64,000 nucleotides of DNA from a virus. The position numbers and the translations under genes were made by a program. Every line of letters starts with the position of its first letter. Within the stretch, counting starts at the first letter, position 1. Below the pieces are notes generated by a model, which had not been told where the DNA came from, did no database searches, and saw nothing but the letters and a program-made list of their open reading frames with translations. This document shows, piece after piece, positions 58,501 through 64,000 of this stretch. Location: positions 1 to 64,000 of IMG/VR virus record IMGVR_UViG_3300030012_003189. One strand, given 5' to 3'.

Positions 58501-58656
58501 AATATCACCAGCAATATAGATGATAGAATCTTCTATATTATCTTGTTTAACTTGTTTTAAGAATTTATTGAATACTTCTCTGTATTCTTTGTGTCTCTTC
58601 AGATTTCTAATATGTAAATCTGCTAAGTGATAAATTTTATTTATGGTATAACTCAT
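55516..58656 (-). CDS. Fused Mre11/SbcD nuclease - Rad50/SbcC ATPase (gp47+gp46-like)
   Basis: ADLH, AGDI, GNHD, LGDIH phosphoesterase motifs; Walker A PNASGKS; zinc-hook CDIC; signature CSGMER; Walker B/D-loop IDEGFGTLD; ISH. Confidence 0.92.
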   Translation of the reverse strand: MSYTINKIYHLADLHIRNLKRHKEYREVFNKFLKQVKQDNIEDSIIYIAGDIAHAKTEMSPELVQEISWFLTECAKLRETVLITGNHDCNLNNNYRLDVLTPIIENLSNPRIHYLRDTGVYNIHNLTFVVYSILDNKENWPKADTVDGAHKICVFHGPVNDSKTDVGYIVSSNSFTEEMFDGFDMALLGDIHKRQTIGGDHIAYAGSMIQQNHGESLDKHGYLLWDVPTRTFEEFNIPNDYGFYTLDVDNGVVPDVTDMPKKPRLRVRISNTDPSQIKRALTEIKKKYKVQEFTVTRMDTLTKQKIGDFDTNLTIGNVRDVELQNELIKGYLERQYLADDDTIDKIQQINRDINTKLTDDDVTPNIQWIPQSFEFTNMFSYGEGNKVDFTKTKGIVGIFAPNASGKSALFDSLSFCIYDKTSRTFMAKNILNNRKTHFRCKLHFQIDEVDYYIERRAKLINHGRNLKVDVDFWSDENGHITSLNGEQRKDTNKSIIQYLGKYEDFVLTTLSLQGDNALFIDKSQSERKEILAQFMGVDIFDKLYGLASDENRDNASLIRKFKSDDFTTRLADIENDLKTSIEEYGEMEKEQETAKGKEEDLQNQIVRLNEKIVKLNADSGVSIEELEKRLKILQKKKDKVDTDKDSIQNRITQREELQITLEEILDKFDEEVLEEGMDSLSEAKFDSNKIKSELDKVEIKLDSLYERKQHLDSHKYNEQCDICMENSQTILEQKEKVDKELDEKESENKELKSKLSELEIKIDSLKTLEEEWKNFNEAKEKEDKIDREISQLINKLSTIETEEFKNSTQITQQEQLIEEYYKNEKQIKKNKEVRDEIVDVRSDLTKIKQIIRNNNTDILRMNGTISALQNQKETIEDRIKEVKDLEETHNLFEYYLNSLGRDGVSYELIQKALPMIEGEVNNILGQIVDFGMQLEMDGKNVNAFIVYDDQKWGLEMCSGMERFISGLAIRIALINVCNLPRPNFLVIDEGFGTLDNENLTSLYMLFAYLKTQFDFVMIISHIDSMRDVVDSLVEIKKVNGFSNVKF

Positions 58657-59671
58657 AAAATATATTTTCTAATTTATTTTTGTGGTGTTCCAAAAAGTCT
58701 AATAGCTTTTGGTAATTTCTTTCATATACATCTTTGTACTGTAAACTAAATTCTTTACACTCTTCTAAAGAAAGTTCACATATTCGTTTACAAATTTCCA
58801 GTTGTTGTGTTTTATGGTCTAATCCAAAATAGTTTGGAAATTCAAATCCAAATGATTCTAAATAATCATAAGCTTCTTTTTGTATCACATTTATAGATGG
58901 TCTTTTAAACATAAAAGATTTAAGTGTTTTTTCGGTACAACTTACTAACCAATGACAGTTATCATATTGTGTTGTTCTAGTTTCAATATCCAAAGAAAAA
59001 ATCGATTGAAAATCTTCATTTGGTAAAGTGTATGATTTAAAATCATTATCTATCTCATGGTTTTTGGCTTTATTGTGTAATTCTACTTCTGATTCAAATA
59101 ATTTTTGTTCAATTGAATTTTTTTCAAATTCACCATATTGTTCTTGAAATGCGTTTATACTATATACAAATGATTTATAATCTCTTAAACCTTTACAAAA
59201 TATATTTCTTTCTTCATTTGGTCTACCAAGCTTAGATATTAGATTATACTTAGGTTCTTTTTTATCAAGATTATATTTTTTTAAGTACAATTCAGTAATA
59301 TCTCCAAAAGAACCAATTGATGTATATGTGTTTTTTAGTAATTTGTATGGAGATTCTTTTGAAAAAAAGTTAAATATTATATGGATATTATCTTTTAATG
59401 TAGAAAGTAAAGGATAGTCTGCGTTAAATTCATCCCAATAAAGTTCAGTCATATGTACAATAACCTTATCATATTTTTTGTATAATTTTGTATTTACTAA
59501 AGTCTTTACACATTCTAATACTTTAGAATCACATATAACATATGCTATATCATCTCTATCATATTTTTTTAGTAAAGAAGCTATAGTATTATACCTTTTA
59601 TCTAAAGGTCTTTTTAAAAATTGTAAAGTTATTGTGTTAAATTTTTTATCCTTATATTCGAATATCATCAA
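58637..59671 (-). CDS. Divergent GT10-like glycosyltransferase paralog
   Basis: KLGRPNEER; LDIET...CTEKTLKSFMFKRPSI...YLESFGF...YERNY. Confidence 0.45.
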   Translation of the reverse strand: MMIFEYKDKKFNTITLQFLKRPLDKRYNTIASLLKKYDRDDIAYVICDSKVLECVKTLVNTKLYKKYDKVIVHMTELYWDEFNADYPLLSTLKDNIHIIFNFFSKESPYKLLKNTYTSIGSFGDITELYLKKYNLDKKEPKYNLISKLGRPNEERNIFCKGLRDYKSFVYSINAFQEQYGEFEKNSIEQKLFESEVELHNKAKNHEIDNDFKSYTLPNEDFQSIFSLDIETRTTQYDNCHWLVSCTEKTLKSFMFKRPSINVIQKEAYDYLESFGFEFPNYFGLDHKTQQLEICKRICELSLEECKEFSLQYKDVYERNYQKLLDFLEHHKNKLENIFYELYHK

Positions 59672-60473
59672 TAAATTCTTTTAACTTTTCAGCTATTATT
59701 TTATATCCTTTATAATTTGGATGTAATCCATTTTTATATTCCCTTTCATTAAAAGCAACATCACCCTCCCATATTTTCTCAGTACTATTTTTAAGTTCAT
59801 CAAACATTGTTGATTCTGGCTTATAATAATATTTTTTATTTAGTACATCATATGGTACTATTTTATTTTCATAATCAGTTTTGGGTTTTTGAGCTTCAAA
59901 TGCATTACACATTATATATTTTATATTTTTATCTTCTAAAAGAAATTGACAATAAATTTTAAAACACATTGTATAATAATCTAAAATTACATCACTAAAC
60001 ATTTCTGTTATAAATTTCTTTTTGAAATCTCTCCATACTGGATGCCCATCATCAGTAAATAATCCGTGCATTTCATTATCTAAAAGCATATCTTCACTTT
60101 TAAACAACCATCTACCAGTATCATCTTTATTTTGTTGTGGTAAGCAAAATAACCTATCTCTATATTTAGATGACCACATCATAACAACCAACGTATCCTC
60201 TGTACACTTATTCAACACATTTACCAATTGAAGCATTATTGTTTCATTAGAACAACCAGGCACTGCTTTAATGTCATAATCACACCCATACATTTCAGCT
60301 AATTGAGCTACCCAAGAGCCAGGTGTACACCTATCATAATATGGTTTGGAAACATTATCATCTGTTTGTTCTTTTGCATTTAAAAGTAATTTCTTTTCTT
60401 CTTTCGATAGTAAAGAACTACCTTCTCCAAAAGTCCAACTATCACCAATACCTATAATTTTTTTAAACTTCAT
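59652..60473 (-). CDS. SGNH/GDSL hydrolase-like protein
   Basis: IGDSWTFGEG; PGCSN; GLHPNYKGY. Confidence 0.75.
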   Translation of the reverse strand: MKFKKIIGIGDSWTFGEGSSLLSKEEKKLLLNAKEQTDDNVSKPYYDRCTPGSWVAQLAEMYGCDYDIKAVPGCSNETIMLQLVNVLNKCTEDTLVVMMWSSKYRDRLFCLPQQNKDDTGRWLFKSEDMLLDNEMHGLFTDDGHPVWRDFKKKFITEMFSDVILDYYTMCFKIYCQFLLEDKNIKYIMCNAFEAQKPKTDYENKIVPYDVLNKKYYYKPESTMFDELKNSTEKIWEGDVAFNEREYKNGLHPNYKGYKIIAEKLKEFIDDIRI

Positions 60474-61411
60474 ATACCCATTAGTTTTTGAGATATAACA
60501 TCCTCAAATCCACTTTTCTTTGTTTTCTTTAGCATTTTGTTGACTTCTGAAAATCCCATATCACCGGCATCTTTTTCTGTAGGTAAGATGTTTGTAACTG
60601 TAATTCCGTTATTCATAAAATAGTTTACATAGTAAAGAGCTTGGTCTTGTGCATCTTTATCTAATAATATTTTTATTTCTTTTACACCTTTTTTATAGAT
60701 ATTATCCATTAAAGTTTTTGGAATAAATTTACCCAAAAGAGGGATAGCATTTCGTTTGATACTCATCGCATCAAAAACTCCTTCACAAAGTGTAATAGGT
60801 TTTTGCCAATTGATTTGATTTTCAAAGATTGTAACATTCTTCGATACCGGCGGATTTTTATATTTAAACTTTTCCTCAGAGAATACAGACCGTGCGATGA
60901 AGTAATTGAGTCTATTATCTCTATCATAACTCGGAATAATAATACGATTGGTGTAAATACCACCATCACAATACCCAATATTATAACGAATAATATCTTC
61001 CTTAGTAATACCTCTATCTTTTGCATATTGTACCACCTTTCTATATAATGGATTTAAACCTTTCGGTTCTACCAATAGAGATTTAAATTCTGATGGTAAC
61101 CTTAGTTCTACCTTTTCTTCATCGGTAGGTGTTGCTGAAACGATATAATCATCACCATATATTTCATAAACTTTTTTGATTTTTTTAGAATCAACTTGTA
61201 ATCTTTTTAGTAGAGTTTGTATTTTTCTACCTTTAGCATCACATACCCAACAATGCCATTGTTGTGTTTCTAAGTTTACTTGTAACTTCTTTTTATGATG
61301 GTGACAAAATGGACAGTGATGTGCTTGTTCATTACCTCTTAGAGATGTACCAACACCCAAAATTTCATCCAAAATGTTAATTATAACCGATTTATCTCGT
61401 TGTGAGAGCAT
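60470..61411 (-). CDS. DNA primase (Zn finger + TOPRIM)
   Basis: CPFC...CWVC; RIIIP; KYKNP; CEGVFDA; LDKDA; KDAG. Confidence 0.88.
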   Translation of the reverse strand: MLSQRDKSVIINILDEILGVGTSLRGNEQAHHCPFCHHHKKKLQVNLETQQWHCWVCDAKGRKIQTLLKRLQVDSKKIKKVYEIYGDDYIVSATPTDEEKVELRLPSEFKSLLVEPKGLNPLYRKVVQYAKDRGITKEDIIRYNIGYCDGGIYTNRIIIPSYDRDNRLNYFIARSVFSEEKFKYKNPPVSKNVTIFENQINWQKPITLCEGVFDAMSIKRNAIPLLGKFIPKTLMDNIYKKGVKEIKILLDKDAQDQALYYVNYFMNNGITVTNILPTEKDAGDMGFSEVNKMLKKTKKSGFEDVISQKLMGI

Positions 61412-61431
61412 AAGATATACAATTTACAATG

Positions 61432-61463
61432 TAAATATACGAAAAATTTTTCAATTTTCCAAA
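61432..61463 (-). promoter_or_regulatory. Bacteroidota sigma70-type promoter (TTTG-N20-TATATTTA) upstream of primase
   Basis: Minus strand TTTG GAAAATTGAAAAATTTTTCG TATATTTA versus consensus TTTG-N19-21-TAnnTTTG. Confidence 0.55.
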
Positions 61464-61855
61464 TCTTTTCTAAAGAATTTTCCTAAAATATTATCATTAA
61501 AGCAATGAGATTCATATAAAACATTATGTTTTATCTGTTCTTCTAACTCATAATAAGTCATTGCTTTCTTTGTTTTACAGAATCGTAAGATGAATTTTTC
61601 GATATCATCACCATCCCACTTCTTTACTTCAGCGTGTGATGATTGATAATCTTTCCAATTTGATTCTTTTACTACCTTTCTTTTTCTCTTTGTACCTTTT
61701 AGTGGTGGTAGTGTTCGGTGTGCGTACAAAGATTTTCTTCCGATATAAAATTCACCTGATATTTTCTTTCGGATTTTGTATATAAATCCTATTGAATCTT
61801 CAGGCATATCGGAAATTTCGGTAATCAGTTTACCTTCATATTTCCATGTGGGCAT
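61451..61855 (-). CDS. GIY-YIG-like nuclease
   Basis: GFIYKI...FYIGRK...WKDYQSS...YYE...FNDNI; ATG at 61855 (track uses TTG at 61861). Confidence 0.7.
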   Translation of the reverse strand: MPTWKYEGKLITEISDMPEDSIGFIYKIRKKISGEFYIGRKSLYAHRTLPPLKGTKRKRKVVKESNWKDYQSSHAEVKKWDGDDIEKFILRFCKTKKAMTYYELEEQIKHNVLYESHCFNDNILGKFFRKDLEN

Positions 61856-61866
61856 AGTCAAAAAGT

Positions 61867-62046
61867 TTAGTAATCAACTGAATCAGAGTATTTTTTTAAG
61901 TTCAGTTTGCCGCCTCTTGCTTTTTCTAAGTTTGGTTTTGTAGATATATCTTTTCCACCATCCAATGAGATGGGAGTTTTATCTTTTGAGTCTTTTCCTA
62001 ATTTTGAAAACTCAGAAGCTTTAAATAAATCAAGTATTGAAGCCAT
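61867..62046 (-). CDS. 59-aa hypothetical protein (not in track)
   Basis: MASILDLFKASEFSKLGKDSKDKTPISLDGGKDISTKPNLEKARGGKLNLKKYSDSVDY; SD AGAGGA and TATTTATA at 62065-62072. Confidence 0.75.
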   Translation of the reverse strand: MASILDLFKASEFSKLGKDSKDKTPISLDGGKDISTKPNLEKARGGKLNLKKYSDSVDY

Positions 62047-62084
62047 AATATTTTTCCTCTTTTATATAAATATAAGTTTTTTAA

Positions 62085-63359
62085 TTAAACATCAATTCTA
62101 ACTATAAAGTTAACTGGATAGTCAGGTAAGTTTTTAATTGGTTTTGGTAATTTAGCCACAGCCATCATTTCGTTATCATTATTATATAAACCAATTGTGG
62201 TTATATATGGTGCTAAATAAGAACCAGTCAAATCAGTTGAACCAGATTCCCAATAATCATCCCAACTACCACTAACATATTCGTTAGTTACTGATGATGT
62301 AACTGAACCACTATAAAATGGTTTTCTATCTATACTGTATATATCTCTAATTTTTACAGTTTTAGCTGGTTCACCTCTTACAACTGGTGTTGTTGTAAAA
62401 TTTTGAGAACCACTTTCAAATACCGTTACTGCTGTTGGGTTCTGAGAATAATTAAATTCACAATCTCCAACTTCTAAGAAAAACTCATGCTCATAAATTG
62501 TATGAGTTCCTTTAAATGTTAAATCATATCCATTTAGTAGTGAAGTACAATTAGCATCGTTTAAAACAAATAAGCCTTCACCATAAAAAACATTTCCAAC
62601 TATATAAGCACTCCAATTTGTAATTAGACCAAATGGATTATCATCATCAGCAAATCTAATAATACCACACTCAAAATCCATTGTAAGTATTGATACAGCG
62701 TTCATAGCAGTTACTCTCGTATCTGCTCCACCAATTGGAACTATTGTTAAAACATTTAACGAACCACTTTCAAAGTTTGTTAAATCAGTTGTTCCGTGAT
62801 ATTCATTTCCATCGAAATCAGCAAAGTGTATTTCACCTGTTTCATTATTTAATAAAAGAATCTTAGCACATCTCGTACTTTCAACCAAATTTCCATATCC
62901 ATCATCAACAATCTTTAATCTTTTTGATTCTACTTTAGGTGTGTGTATGAATAATTCTACCGAACCTGGTTTTATTTCTTCACCATATTGTGATTGTGAT
63001 ACTGCTAATAACTCTATGTGATTAGTTAATACTCTTTGATTACCATAAGCAAATTGTGGATGTTGTTTCCCTGCGCCTGTTAATGGTGATAATTTATTTG
63101 ATGGATGATAATATTTTGCTTTTGTTGATTGATATAATTGCCTTTGATAAAATTCATTAGTTTTTGCATCATTAATTGGGTCAAAGAATGTATCTAAATC
63201 ATAAGCACCACCCGGTATAGTATTCAGTACTATAACTTCATCTTTTACTGATGCTGAATGAGCAGTGTAAATCTCATAACTACCCGAACCATGTGTATAG
63301 GTTTTATGAGTCCTAATAGGTCTAATGTTTACGTTTTCTGCTGGAATTTCTTTTAACAT
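62085..63359 (-). CDS. Baseplate/tail structural protein
   Basis: YGEEIKPGS, DDGYGNL, GNVFYGEG, EFNYSQNPT, PYITTIGLYNNDNEMMAVAKL; SD AAGGAG; TATTTATA at 63377-63384. Confidence 0.65.
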   Translation of the reverse strand: MLKEIPAENVNIRPIRTHKTYTHGSGSYEIYTAHSASVKDEVIVLNTIPGGAYDLDTFFDPINDAKTNEFYQRQLYQSTKAKYYHPSNKLSPLTGAGKQHPQFAYGNQRVLTNHIELLAVSQSQYGEEIKPGSVELFIHTPKVESKRLKIVDDGYGNLVESTRCAKILLLNNETGEIHFADFDGNEYHGTTDLTNFESGSLNVLTIVPIGGADTRVTAMNAVSILTMDFECGIIRFADDDNPFGLITNWSAYIVGNVFYGEGLFVLNDANCTSLLNGYDLTFKGTHTIYEHEFFLEVGDCEFNYSQNPTAVTVFESGSQNFTTTPVVRGEPAKTVKIRDIYSIDRKPFYSGSVTSSVTNEYVSGSWDDYWESGSTDLTGSYLAPYITTIGLYNNDNEMMAVAKLPKPIKNLPDYPVNFIVRIDV

Positions 63360-63388
63360 ATGATATTACTCCTTTATATAAATATCAC

Positions 63389-63420
63389 AAAAAGAAAAAC
63401 CTCACTTTTGATGAGGTTCT
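63389..63420 (-). terminator. Rho-independent terminator
   Basis: Minus strand AACCTCA-TCAAAAG-TGAGGTT followed by TTTCTTTTT. Confidence 0.75.
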
Positions 63421-63447
63421 TACTTTGTTTGAAATGCGTGCCTACGG

Positions 63448-63999
63448 TTAAAAGTCTAATTTAACTTTTACTAATATTTCTTTATCAAACGATTTTGCAA
63501 TCGGTTGAGATGTTTTAGCTACTGCTAACATTTCGTTTGCATTATTGAATAATCCAATTGTTGTAATATAAACTCTTGGGTCTCTCTTAAACGATGATAC
63601 TGCAAATGCGTTATCTGAACCACTTACGAATGTTGGGTTGTTAGAGAAGTTAAACTCTCTGTTGTTTGCTCTAACAAAATAATGTGATGTAGATACATTC
63701 TCAGTTCTTCTTGCTTCGAAATCTGCTCCGTTCTTAATTGCTGCGTACAACCAGTGATGTGCTTTCTTATCAGCATCTACTCCAGTAAACAATGAACTAG
63801 TCGTTGAGTAATTCAATGCCGCTGAACCTGTATGTGCTGAGAAACCTATTTCAGCTTCTAATGCGCCAGGATTAAGTAGTATGATTCCTTGGTCAGGATA
63901 AAATACACCATAACCTTGTCCTACTGAGAATGAATTACCATCTGTAGAACCTGATGTATATTTACTATCTATAGTTGCTTCTGCTGAAGAACCTAAGTT
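63448..63999 (-). CDS. Baseplate/tail structural protein, paralog of 62085-63359 (5' end outside window)
   Basis: Frame stays open to the window end (NLGSSAEATIDSK...YGVFYPDQG...); EFNFSNNPT, YITTIGLFNNANEMLAVAK. Confidence 0.75.
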   Translation of the reverse strand, partial: NLGSSAEATIDSKYTSGSTDGNSFSVGQGYGVFYPDQGIILLNPGALEAEIGFSAHTGSAALNYSTTSSLFTGVDADKKAHHWLYAAIKNGADFEARRTENVSTSHYFVRANNREFNFSNNPTFVSGSDNAFAVSSFKRDPRVYITTIGLFNNANEMLAVAKTSQPIAKSFDKEILVKVKLDF

Positions 64000-64000
64000 A

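Noticed and set aside
6410-62101. Remaining plus-strand ORFs and short nested minus-strand ORFs (56142-56330, 57318-57539, 58179-58364, 60763-61026)
   Set aside because: They overlap well-supported genes and show no recognisable motifs.
1-64000. Stop-codon reassignment as seen in some large phages
   Set aside because: Core genes are full length in the standard code, and TAA, TGA and TAG (e.g. 22225, 27820) all end genes at sensible, tightly packed positions.

Overview
A 64-kb segment of an AT-rich, T4-like jumbo/huge phage genome. The host is probably Bacteroidota, inferred from a TTTG-N20-TATATTTA promoter, a spanin-like lipoprotein, BACON-like domains and a phage bS21 gene. Every credible gene is on the minus strand and uses the standard code; the plus-strand ORFs in the track are antisense shadows. 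In transcription order (64000 to 1): two paralogous baseplate/tail proteins; GIY-YIG nuclease; primase; fused Mre11-Rad50 (gp47/gp46-like); nucleotide-sugar genes; an S74-chaperone tail fibre and its adhesin; a ~19-kb glycan synthesis/transfer cluster (GT4, GT2, two GT7-LamG, GT10-like paralogs, RmlC, SDR epimerases, ThDP E1 alpha/beta pair, radical SAMs); a HIGH-nucleotidyltransferase/ligase-fold polyprotein; terminase; portal; prohead protease; a series of probable internal head proteins; ribosomal protein bS21; scaffold; major capsid protein; neck proteins; and a giant (>1600 aa) repetitive fibre that the ORF track missed. Main hypotheses: (1) a phage-encoded virion glycosylation system acting on a [S/T]-x-S motif that saturates the surface-exposed virion proteins; (2) a bS21-based switch favouring Shine-Dalgarno-led late mRNAs; (3) capsid-targeted, protease-cleaved polyprotein cargo; (4) a conserved ATATTTATA promoter that is the reverse complement of the T4 late promoter; (5) a structured RNA leader on the scaffold-capsid operon. 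All functional calls come from motif recognition by eye; no database search was run.
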